Shown: positions 17,532-26,202, numbered from the stretch's first letter. The stretch is DNA of 64,000 nt from Planctomycetota bacterium (GCA_040755855.1 JBFMAD010000001.1:96001-160000), one strand, 5' to 3'. The notes: generated from the letters alone by a model not told the origin. Numbers and translations are program-made.

Positions 17532-20500
17532 ATGAACCCGGGTGAATTTATTCAGAAATGGAAGGGATCGGAACTCTCCGAACGCTCCGCCTGCCAGCAG
17601 CACTTCCTCGACCTCTGCGACCTCCTCAACCACCCCAAGCCCGCCGACGTGGACAAGACCGGCGAGACCTTCACCTTCGAAAAAGGCGCGGAAAAACACA
17701 CCGGCGGCGAGGGCTGGGCCGACGTCTGGAAAAAAGGCTTCTTCGGCTGGGAATACAAAAAGAAACATGCCGACCTGAACCGGGCCTACGACCAGCTCCT
17801 CAACTACCGCGAAGCCCTGGAAAACCCGCCCCTACTCGTCGTCTGCGACATGGACCGCATCATCGTCCGAACCAACTTTACCGGCACGGCCACGGACACC
17901 CACGAGATCGCCCTGAAGGACCTCGGACAGCCCCGCAGCCTCGAAATCCTCCGCGCCGTCTTCCACGACCCCGACAAGCTCAAGCCCGGCCGCACCAGCG
18001 AGGCCATCACACAGGAAGCCGCCAGCCGCATCGGCGACATCGCCCAGGCCCTCCGCGACCGCGGACTGGACGCCCGCAGCGTCGCCCACTTCCTTGACCG
18101 CATCGTCTTCTGCCTATTCGCCGAGGACATCGGCCTGCTGCCCGAAAAATTATTCGCCCGCATCCTCGAAAAGAGCAAGGACGACCCCGTCCGCTTCGCC
18201 AAGCTCATCGGGCAGTTGTTCGACGCCATGGCCAACGGCGGCGATTTCGGCATGGACGAAATCCGCCGCTTCAACGGCAACCTGTTCACCCCCGGCCCGA
18301 TCCTTGACTTGACGATGGGGGAGATCGAAAGCATCCGCGCGGCGGCCACGCTCGATTGGAGCGCCGTGGACCCCTCCATCTTCGGCACCCTCTTTGTCCG
18401 CGGCATGGACCCCGCCCAGCGCGCACAACTCGGGGCGCAATACACCAGCCGCCAGGACATCGAGACGCTCGTCGAGCCGGTCGTCATGGCCCCCTTGCGG
18501 CGGGAATGGAACGAGATCAAACAGATCGTCGAAAACCTTCTCACAACAGGAAAGAAAAAGCCCCAGGCGTCCGGCCAAATCCAAAATCCCAAATCCAAAA
18601 TCCAAAATCTTCGCAAGGCCCGCGGCGAGGCGGCCCGCATCGTCCAGCGATTCCTCGAAGACCTGTCGCACGTGACGGTGCTGGACCCCGCCTGCGGCAG
18701 CGCGAACTTCCTCTACGTCACCCTCCAGAAGTTGAAGGACTTGGAAAAAGAGGCGATCCTCTACGCCTCGCAGCGCGGCCTGGGGGCGTTCCTGCCCTTT
18801 GTGAACCCCAAGCAGCTCTACGGGATCGAGATCAGCCCCTACGCCCACGAACTGGCGCAGATGACAATCTGGATCGGCTATCTGCAATGGACGCGCGTCA
18901 ACGGCTTCGGCTGGCCGCGCGACCCGGTGCTCGAGCCGATGGACAACATCGCGTGCAAGGACGCCATCCTCGACCTCACGGGCCGGGGACATGAACCAAG
19001 CCAGGAACAGAAAGGCAATGTCATTGCGAGCGAAGCGAAGCAATCTCATGAGATCGCCACGCGCCCTTCGGGCGCTCGCGATGACAAACCGGGCCCACCC
19101 ACCGAACCCGACTGGCCCACGGTGGACTTCATCGTCGGCAACCCGCCGTTCCTGGGGGGAAGCAAGATATGGGAGGAATTGGGCCGGGATTACCAGGAGC
19201 AACTTTGGGAGGTCTACAAGGACCGAGTGCCGGGCTTCGCCGACCTCTGCTGCTACTGGTTCGAGAAGGCGCGGACACAGATCGAGAAGGGCCTGTGCAG
19301 GCGGGCAGGGCTGCTCGCTACACAGGGCATCCGGGGCGGAGCAAACCGGGAAGTCCTCAAACGAATCAAAGAAACGGGCGACATCTTCTTCGCCGAGAGT
19401 GACCGCCCCTGGATTCTGGACGGGGCGAATGTGCATATTTCTATGGTCGGGTTCGACGACGGCTCGGAGAAGTCGAAAATACTTGACGGGCAATCTGTCC
19501 AGACCATCAACCCGAATCTGTCGTCAACCGCCGATATCACGAAGGCAGTGGTTCTGAAAGAGAACCAGAACATCTGCTACATAGGGACGAAGAAGGCCGG
19601 GCCATTTGATGTTGACAGCGATGTCGCGCTGGATTGGCTGCAACTACCTAACCCGAATGGTCGTCCGACATCGGATGTGTTAGTGCCCTGGCTCAATGGC
19701 GAGGCTATCACCAAGCGAGTACCTCAGCGATGGATTATTGACGCAGGCGTCGATACCCCACTTGAGGAGTTTTCCAGGTATGAGAAGGTCTTTGAGCATG
19801 TGTTGACGCACGTGAAGGCGGAGCGAAACAAGAATAAGGAGAAACGGACAAGGGAGAATTGGTGGCTCTACAAACGGTCGGCACCTGACATGCGACTTTC
19901 GATCAAACACTTGCACCGGTATCTTGCGACGCCACGCGTCTCGAAGTTCCGGGTTTTCACATGGGTGGCTCCTGTAGTGATGTGCGACGATGGGATATAC
20001 CTCTTCGCCCGTTCCGACGATTATTTCTTTGGGGTTTTGCACTCGCGGATTCACGAGGTGTGGGTGCTGCGGTTGGGCACTCGGTTGGAGACGCGACCCC
20101 GCTACACGCCGACGACGTGTTTTGAGACGTTCCCCTTTCCCGAATGCGGAGTGCGGAATGCGGAATGCGGAATGGAAGAGGAAAAGTCTCTCGCAAGGCA
20201 CGCAAAGAACGCAAAGGAATCCGATTCAATCCAAAATCAGCAATCCAAAATCCAAAATGAGATCGCCGAAGCCGCGAAGGAACTCGATCAACTGCGGAAT
20301 AACTGGCTCAATCCGCCCGAATGGACGAAGGAAGATGTCCTCGAATTCCCCGGCTCAGTGGACGGGCCGTGGGCGCGCTACATTGATCCGACCTCCCGGA
20401 GGTCGGAACCTCCGGGAGGTCCAGGCATCGGCACGGTCCGCTACCCCCGCATCGTCCCCAGGGACGAGGAGTGCGCGAGGAAGCTGAAGAAGCGCACGCT

Positions 20501-20657
20501 GACGAATCTATACAACGAGCGCCCCGCCTGGCTCGACCTCGCCCACAAGAAGCTCGACGAGGCCGTCTTCGCCGCCTACGGCTGGGGGTCCGACCTCTCG
20601 GACGAGGAGATTCTGGAGCGCCTGCTCGCGCTGAACCTGGACAATAGTGGACAATAG
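17532..20657 (+). CDS. MmeI/YeeA-like type IIG/IIL restriction-modification enzyme (nuclease plus N6-adenine methyltransferase plus TRD)
   Basis: N-terminal ER...Q.HFLDLC, WADVWK..F.WEYK nuclease motif; LDPACGS.NF (motif I), IVGNPPF (motif IV), RYTPTTCFETFPFP, RTLTNLYN, LDEAVFAAYGW. Confidence 0.92.
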   Translation: MNPGEFIQKWKGSELSERSACQQHFLDLCDLLNHPKPADVDKTGETFTFEKGAEKHTGGEGWADVWKKGFFGWEYKKKHADLNRAYDQLLNYREALENPPLLVVCDMDRIIVRTNFTGTATDTHEIALKDLGQPRSLEILRAVFHDPDKLKPGRTSEAITQEAASRIGDIAQALRDRGLDARSVAHFLDRIVFCLFAEDIGLLPEKLFARILEKSKDDPVRFAKLIGQLFDAMANGGDFGMDEIRRFNGNLFTPGPILDLTMGEIESIRAAATLDWSAVDPSIFGTLFVRGMDPAQRAQLGAQYTSRQDIETLVEPVVMAPLRREWNEIKQIVENLLTTGKKKPQASGQIQNPKSKIQNLRKARGEAARIVQRFLEDLSHVTVLDPACGSANFLYVTLQKLKDLEKEAILYASQRGLGAFLPFVNPKQLYGIEISPYAHELAQMTIWIGYLQWTRVNGFGWPRDPVLEPMDNIACKDAILDLTGRGHEPSQEQKGNVIASEAKQSHEIATRPSGARDDKPGPPTEPDWPTVDFIVGNPPFLGGSKIWEELGRDYQEQLWEVYKDRVPGFADLCCYWFEKARTQIEKGLCRRAGLLATQGIRGGANREVLKRIKETGDIFFAESDRPWILDGANVHISMVGFDDGSEKSKILDGQSVQTINPNLSSTADITKAVVLKENQNICYIGTKKAGPFDVDSDVALDWLQLPNPNGRPTSDVLVPWLNGEAITKRVPQRWIIDAGVDTPLEEFSRYEKVFEHVLTHVKAERNKNKEKRTRENWWLYKRSAPDMRLSIKHLHRYLATPRVSKFRVFTWVAPVVMCDDGIYLFARSDDYFFGVLHSRIHEVWVLRLGTRLETRPRYTPTTCFETFPFPECGVRNAECGMEEEKSLARHAKNAKESDSIQNQQSKIQNEIAEAAKELDQLRNNWLNPPEWTKEDVLEFPGSVDGPWARYIDPTSRRSEPPGGPGIGTVRYPRIVPRDEECARKLKKRTLTNLYNERPAWLDLAHKKLDEAVFAAYGWGSDLSDEEILERLLALNLDNSGQ

Positions 20658-20683
20658 GGTCAGGTCTTAACTTTCTACTTTTT
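20657..20683 (-). repeat. GACCTGACCC end sequence, inverted
   Basis: GGGTCAGGTCTTAACTTTCTACTTTTT, the inverted counterpart of 17444-17471. Confidence 0.85.
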
Positions 20684-20733
20684 ATATGCAGCGCAGAATG
20701 GGTTTGGTCAAGAAGCCCGAAAGGAGAGATGGC

Positions 20734-23700
20734 ATGAGAAAGGTCGCCGCCCTTTTCCCCATCGTCCTCGCCTGTCTGTTTGCACACGTCTTCGCCGCCG
20801 AGCCGATTGACGGCCGGTCGGCCGAGCGATGGAAGCCCGAACCTGGCTGGGCCCCGGGGCGAGAGGCGGAGAGTTTTGCCGTTAAGGACAACGACGGCCG
20901 GCTGGAGTTTTCCCTCTCCGGCAAAAACAGCCTGATGACCTGGACCCTCCAGCCGTCACCCGAGGAGATGAAGTACGAGCCGCGCTATCTCGTCCTCACC
21001 TATCGCGCCGATAACCTGAGGAAAGAGGACAGCAGCTACCTTCTCCTCATGAAGGACGGCTCGCCCGGATGGCGGCAGCTCCTCCTCGGCGAAGAGATGC
21101 AAACCGACGGTAAGGAGCACGCCTTCGTCATCGACGTCCTCAGCTATGCCCCGCCTGAGCCGATCTATCAGTTCGCCCTCCGCATCGGCGGGCCGGACGA
21201 GGGCCGCGGCCGCCTGCTGATGAAGATGCAGTTTACCAACGACCCGCCGGCCGGGATCGAACCGAAAAGCGCTGCGCCGGTCGAGCCGGTGAAGGCGCGC
21301 ATCGACTTCGAGGAGATCGAGTGGAATCCCTCGCCCAACTGGACGCCGCGCCCCCCCGACAAGCACGACATGCAAAAGACCGATGCGGCTGTCCGCTTCC
21401 ACATGGCGGGCCAGCAGAAGTCCATGCGCTGGTCGGCGGCCGCTCCGAAGGGTCTCGACATCGGCAAGATGCCATTCGTCTCCATCCGCTACCGAGCGAG
21501 AGGGAAGTTCGCGCTTGGGGGATACGCCTTCTACATGAGCGCGACCGACGACAAGGGGCAGAAGGTCAGCACCTACCCCATGGCGCCGGGCGACGTGGAC
21601 GGCGACGGGCGGTGGCACGTCTTCCACGCGAAGCTCGGCGAGAAGGGCCTCGGCGGGACCATGGCCGTGGGCGTGGATTCCTTCAGCCCCGAGGCGGAGA
21701 TCGAAATGGACTATGTCGAGTACTCCTCCCTGCCGCCGAAGACGCCCATCGCCGAGATGCTGGCCTTTGAAAAACTCGATGCGCCCTGGCCCAAGGGTAG
21801 AGACGGGCTGACCGCCCTGCAGGTATCGAACGCTGGAATGGTCCCGAACCATTTTATGATCCCTCGCATGGGCATCGGGTCGTGGTTCGATACGCCTCAC
21901 ATCACCGTCGAGGGAATTCCCTTCCAGGTTCCCGCCGATCCATCGGCCATGTTGGCCTCCGGCACTGTGGGCGAGGACAAGCTCGCGGTCGCTCTGCCGC
22001 CGGACACAAGGGAGGTCCTGCTCCTCGTCGCCGCGGCCTTTCCATTCAGCGAGATGTTCGGTTCCAGCTGGCGGCGCCCGACGCCCCTCCGGATGCTCTC
22101 CGAGCCGGAGCGCTTGACCATCGAGTTGGTGTATCCCGATGGGACGTCGGACCACATGCTCCCGATCCACGCCGTCAAGTCGGAATACGGCGTGGGGCAC
22201 GACATCGCCGTGTATGCCGTTCACCCGTCGCCCGGTAAATCGCCCACCAAGCTGGTGCTCCACGACAACATGCGCAACGCCTGCTTCGGCGTCCTCGGCG
22301 TCACGGTGAACGCGGGGCAGCCAAAGTTCCGGGAGCCGGACATCCAGACGATCTGGTATCCGCCGGTGAAGAAGCCGGCGGCGGCCGAGGCGACCGTTTC
22401 GTTTAAGACCGATCAGGGTCTCACGTGGGACAAGATCGAGTCGCCCATGCTCGGCGGCGCGGTGGACCTGGCGGGACGGCCCGTATTCCATCTGACCCTG
22501 ACAAACGGTGAGGAGAAAAAGGAACTACCTTCGTCGAAATGGACCGTTGCCGACGTCGCAAGGGACGGCGCAAGTCTCAGCGCCACAGCAACATACACCG
22601 AGGGCAATGTTTCTCTGCGCGCGATGTTTCACGTGAAACATCAACCACCAAGCGGAGCAATGCTGTCCCTGGAAATATCAAACACGGGCGACGGCCCCGT
22701 GACAGGGACCCTCCTCTTCCCCTTTGTGGAGGGCCTGAAGATCGGCTCGCTGGAGGAGACATGGTACTTCTGCGGCCGGCGCGGCGGCGTGATCAACCGC
22801 GCGCCGTGCTACTGGCGCGACGAGATCGGCGAGGGCCACCCGATCCAGGTGGACGGATTTTTCAACCCGACGATCGGCGCGGGCATCTCCTTCATGCCGC
22901 GCGACATGGAGGGTGTGTTCCGGTACTACCGCGTGGAGAAGGACGAGACGGGGTGCCGGTACTGCCTCGAGTTCCTGCCGCAAACAGTCCCGCCGGGAGA
23001 GAAGTGGATGTCCATCCCCGTCGTCGCCGCCGTCATCCCCGGCGACTGGAAGGACCAGTATAACACGTACGCCGCATGGACGAAGACATGGTACAAACCC
23101 CTCGTCCCGCGGAAGGACTGGTTCCGCAAGGTCTTCGCCTTCTGCCCGGGCAGCCCCACGTCGAAAATGTCCGACCCGGTGGAGAAACGGATTGATTTCG
23201 TCGCCAAGTCCGGGGAACTCAAGGACGCCATCGGCGCGTGCGACTACATCCACCTCTTCGGCTGGGCGAAGACGGACCAGTACGGCCACTGGGGCGACTA
23301 CGATCACTACGACGCCGTCGGCGGCATGGAGGAGTTCGTGAAGCAGGTGCGCCGCTGCCAGGACGCAGGCATCCCCCTCGGGTTGTATCTCGACGGGTAT
23401 CTGGTCTCCACCAAGTCGCTCAAGCCGACGATGGACCAGCGCGAGAAGTGGGCCGTCCGCACGGAGAAAGGGGAGATGCTGTACCACGAGAGCTACGTCG
23501 CCCACTCCATGTGCCCCTACGTCCCGGCGTGGCGGGAGTATCTGACCAATGTGTATAAGCGCGTGGCGGCGGAGGTGAAGCCGAGCGGGATGTACATTGA
23601 CGAGTTCGGCCGATGCACGCCGTCTCGAACATGCTACAGCAAGGAGCACGGCCACCCCTCGCCCACGGGCATGTCCCCCGGCGAGCGCATCCTCATCCGG

Positions 23701-24330
23701 CAGATTCGCGAGGCCATCCCGCCGGAGATCGCCACATACTCCGAATTCATCCCGTGCGATGCGACGTGCCGATACCTCGACGGCGGCTTCGGGCACGTGG
23801 CGCTGGATGGCTGGCGACGCGGCTACGACGACGACGCCCCGCACTATGTAAATCTGCACCGCTTCGCCTTCCCCGACTTCAAGAGCTTCGAGCTGATCTA
23901 CTACGTGCCCGGGAAGAACGGCAACTACTTCCTGCTCAGGTATCCGTTCTTCAACGGCGACGGCTACTACCTGACCGATGCGTGCCGGATCAGCGACGAA
24001 CACACACAGGCATTCTACAAGAACGTCTTCCGCGTCCAGCATGACCATGTGGACACCTTCACGTCCGAGGATGTGGAGCCGATGGTTCGGACAGAGGCGC
24101 CGAATCTTTTTGCCAACCGCTTCTCCGTCCCCGCCAAGGCGGTCTGGACGCTCTTCAACGCCAACTACCGGACGCTGCGGGGCAGGCTGATGGTCGTCCC
24201 GCACATAGAAGGCGCGACGTACGCCGACGCATGGGGAGGCAAGCCGGTGGATGCGAAGATCGAGGGCGGCATGGCCGCGTTATCCTTCGAGATCGGCCCA
24301 CGCAGCGTTGGCTGCATCGTGCAAAAATAG
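20734..24330 (+). CDS. Large secreted putative glycoside hydrolase (DUF6259-like C-terminal barrel)
   Basis: Signal peptide; WGDY, GIPLGLYLDG, MCP...W..YL, GMYIDEFG, C....HGH, TYSE motifs; AAGGAG RBS. Confidence 0.65.
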   Translation: MRKVAALFPIVLACLFAHVFAAEPIDGRSAERWKPEPGWAPGREAESFAVKDNDGRLEFSLSGKNSLMTWTLQPSPEEMKYEPRYLVLTYRADNLRKEDSSYLLLMKDGSPGWRQLLLGEEMQTDGKEHAFVIDVLSYAPPEPIYQFALRIGGPDEGRGRLLMKMQFTNDPPAGIEPKSAAPVEPVKARIDFEEIEWNPSPNWTPRPPDKHDMQKTDAAVRFHMAGQQKSMRWSAAAPKGLDIGKMPFVSIRYRARGKFALGGYAFYMSATDDKGQKVSTYPMAPGDVDGDGRWHVFHAKLGEKGLGGTMAVGVDSFSPEAEIEMDYVEYSSLPPKTPIAEMLAFEKLDAPWPKGRDGLTALQVSNAGMVPNHFMIPRMGIGSWFDTPHITVEGIPFQVPADPSAMLASGTVGEDKLAVALPPDTREVLLLVAAAFPFSEMFGSSWRRPTPLRMLSEPERLTIELVYPDGTSDHMLPIHAVKSEYGVGHDIAVYAVHPSPGKSPTKLVLHDNMRNACFGVLGVTVNAGQPKFREPDIQTIWYPPVKKPAAAEATVSFKTDQGLTWDKIESPMLGGAVDLAGRPVFHLTLTNGEEKKELPSSKWTVADVARDGASLSATATYTEGNVSLRAMFHVKHQPPSGAMLSLEISNTGDGPVTGTLLFPFVEGLKIGSLEETWYFCGRRGGVINRAPCYWRDEIGEGHPIQVDGFFNPTIGAGISFMPRDMEGVFRYYRVEKDETGCRYCLEFLPQTVPPGEKWMSIPVVAAVIPGDWKDQYNTYAAWTKTWYKPLVPRKDWFRKVFAFCPGSPTSKMSDPVEKRIDFVAKSGELKDAIGACDYIHLFGWAKTDQYGHWGDYDHYDAVGGMEEFVKQVRRCQDAGIPLGLYLDGYLVSTKSLKPTMDQREKWAVRTEKGEMLYHESYVAHSMCPYVPAWREYLTNVYKRVAAEVKPSGMYIDEFGRCTPSRTCYSKEHGHPSPTGMSPGERILIRQIREAIPPEIATYSEFIPCDATCRYLDGGFGHVALDGWRRGYDDDAPHYVNLHRFAFPDFKSFELIYYVPGKNGNYFLLRYPFFNGDGYYLTDACRISDEHTQAFYKNVFRVQHDHVDTFTSEDVEPMVRTEAPNLFANRFSVPAKAVWTLFNANYRTLRGRLMVVPHIEGATYADAWGGKPVDAKIEGGMAALSFEIGPRSVGCIVQK
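22625..22640. promoter_or_regulatory. parS centromere-like site
   Basis: TGTTTCACGTGAAACA, a perfect match to the canonical ParB/Spo0J binding consensus. Confidence 0.75.
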
Positions 24331-24362
24331 ACCCGTCGCCTAATCGGGGGTCATCCTCATTG

Positions 24363-24610
24363 GGGGTCAGGTCTAAACTTTCTACTTTTTAGGGGATTGC
24401 GGTCGAAGGGGCGACAAACGCTCTGCCCCTCATCTCCCGCCGATATCGATCCCGTCGCCCGCGAGGATGGGCCGAGCGACTTTCGCATTGACAATCCCAA
24501 ATCTCGGAATATACTTACACAAGTGAGAGATCAATGGGATATCCAATCCCGGGCGCTCCGGGGAACAATGCAATGACACACCCAAAAAGTAGAAAGTTAA
24601 GACCTGGCCC
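24363..24610. mobile_element. ~250-bp non-autonomous MITE/REPIN-like element with ~28-bp terminal inverted repeats and outward promoter
   Basis: GGGGTCAGGTCTAAACTTTCTACTTTTT (24363-24390) ... AAAAAGTAGAAAGTTAAGACCTGGCCC (24584-24610); TTGACA(24488)-N16-TATACT. Confidence 0.7.
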
Positions 24611-24660
24611 TTACAGTTCTTGACCCTTACAGTTCTCAGTTCTTACAAGGAAGGAACTCC

Positions 24661-25014
24661 ATGGGAGTATTCAAGACATTCTATCGTCGCTTTCTGAGTT
24701 TGCGGGTAACATTTCCCTATGGCTGTCCCTACTGCGAGGGGGATCGAACCAAGATTGTTGTTAGCGGTTTCCATCTCAGATATCACTGCAACAAATGTGG
24801 CTGTGTCTACGCTATTATTCGTACAAGAGGTTTGTGGGGCGGTGGTGCATACCAATGGCAATGCCTGTTTGGCGACGGCACGCTCAGCGCCAGTACGTGC
24901 ACGATAGAGGACTGTCATTCCTGCAAAGGCACGCTTTGCCAATATTACTTCGTCTGGTCAGGGGAGGAAGGCGGTAGCAGAATTATATGCTGGAAATGCG
25001 GGAATCGGGTGTGA
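24661..25014 (+). CDS. Small Cys-rich protein with four CxxC motifs (double zinc ribbon)
   Basis: CPYC, CNKC, CHSC, CWKC; AAGGAAGGA RBS; visibly lower GC than flanks. Confidence 0.6.
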   Translation: MGVFKTFYRRFLSLRVTFPYGCPYCEGDRTKIVVSGFHLRYHCNKCGCVYAIIRTRGLWGGGAYQWQCLFGDGTLSASTCTIEDCHSCKGTLCQYYFVWSGEEGGSRIICWKCGNRV

Positions 25015-25140
25015 GTGAAACCCACGAGACCATTGACAGATGATATAGCTGGCAGCAGAACCAGGAACATGGTCAGGGGGCGATGACATATTTGAACCAC
25101 GTAGGGCCACGCAAGAGAATAGGGGGTCTGAGGAGAATAG

Positions 25141-25185
25141 GGGGTCTGGTCTCAACTTTCTACTTTTCAGGTGATTGAGGTCGAG
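25141..25185 (-). repeat. GACCAGACCCC end sequence, inverted, with partial element interior
   Basis: GGGGTCTGGTCTCAACTTTCTACTTTTcaggtgattgaggtcga resembles 24363-24406. Confidence 0.8.
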
Positions 25186-25235
25186 GAATAAAGGGGAGGG
25201 CAGGCTTGTTTGTGGCGAGGGCTTCAGTGCCTTCT

Positions 25236-25450
25236 GAATGTCGAATAATGAACAAGGAATATCGAATGTTGAAGTGAAGAAAGAATTTGCGCACGAGCCT
25301 TTCTTCTGCTTCGTCATTCGACATTCCGTGTTCGATATTCGGTGTTTCAGGGATTGGAGCTTATTCGCGAATCGCGGCATTTGTAGGCGCACCCTTTATG
25401 GGTGCGTCGGATCGCAGGCTAAAGCCTGCGCCTACCAATTCGCGGATAAG
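25236..25450. repeat. Inverted heptamer repeats followed by GTAG-type REP doublet
   Basis: gaatgtc/gaataat/gaacaag/gaatatc ... ttcgacattccgtgttcgatattc; ttattcgcgaat..gtaggcgcac..gcaggctaaagcctgcgcctac..attcgcggataa. Confidence 0.7.
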
Positions 25451-25453
25451 TTC

Positions 25454-26194
25454 TTAGTCTTTGACGACCACGACCGCCTCGCTGAAGACCGCCTTGCTTG
25501 AATCAAGGCCTTGATTCTTCTCGCCGAAGAGGATGCGGAACGGCTGCCCGTCCTTCACGTTCAGGTCTTTGAGGGGGATGGCCATCTCCACCCCGTCCGG
25601 CCCGTGGGCGATCCAGCTTCCCGCCTCGTCCGAATCCTGCCGAGGGGACGCCTGCGCGTCGGACCCGAACTTGCCCCGGCTGTTCAGGCCATGCAGGGCC
25701 ATGATGATGCGGCATCCGTCCTGGTAACTTCCCCCCTTGGGGCGGGCGGCCATGCCGACGGCCAGCTCCGCTCCGCGCGCGGCGGCGATGTCGAACGGAC
25801 CGGCGGCCTGGTAGCCCGTGTCGCGGTTCGCATCCATGTCGAAGTAAAGCTCAAAGAGCCCGCTCCTCTCGTGCGTCCTGTATTGCTCGTCGGGGCTTGG
25901 CGAGGAACACGCGAGAATCCACAGCCTTTTTCCGTCGTGGGCCACATAGACCTGTTTGAAGTCAATGGTCTGCTTCCACATGCCGCCGCCCTTTGCGCCG
26001 GCCTCCTCCCAGAGCGGTTTCAGGCCGGTCCAGTCCTTTGCGTCGCCGTCGAGGGCCATCTTGCCCGCCTCCACCTTCGGCAGAGCGGTCGCGCCGGACG
26101 TCCCGACGGACGGTTGGCCGACGGCGACGGTCATCGCAAACAAACCGACGACGAGGCCGGCCGTTATCCAATGGAGACCGTTCTTTCCGCACAT
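25454..26194 (-). CDS. Secreted protein with CBM9/DOMON-like domain
   Basis: Signal peptide; LDGDAKDW, YVAHD...LW, YFDMD.N..TG, VEMAIPL; GGAGG RBS. Confidence 0.65.
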   Translation of the reverse strand: MCGKNGLHWITAGLVVGLFAMTVAVGQPSVGTSGATALPKVEAGKMALDGDAKDWTGLKPLWEEAGAKGGGMWKQTIDFKQVYVAHDGKRLWILACSSPSPDEQYRTHERSGLFELYFDMDANRDTGYQAAGPFDIAAARGAELAVGMAARPKGGSYQDGCRIIMALHGLNSRGKFGSDAQASPRQDSDEAGSWIAHGPDGVEMAIPLKDLNVKDGQPFRILFGEKNQGLDSSKAVFSEAVVVVKD

Positions 26195-26202
26195 ATTCCC
26201 TC

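Noticed and set aside
24391..24583. Transposase gene inside the 250-bp element
   Set aside because: Too short and no HUH or catalytic Tyr motif; at most a decayed remnant
17444..25167. The ~28-bp repeats as a CRISPR array or integron attC sites
   Set aside because: Mixed orientation, kilobase spacing, no cas or intI gene, and no RYYYAAC/GTTRRRY attC architecture
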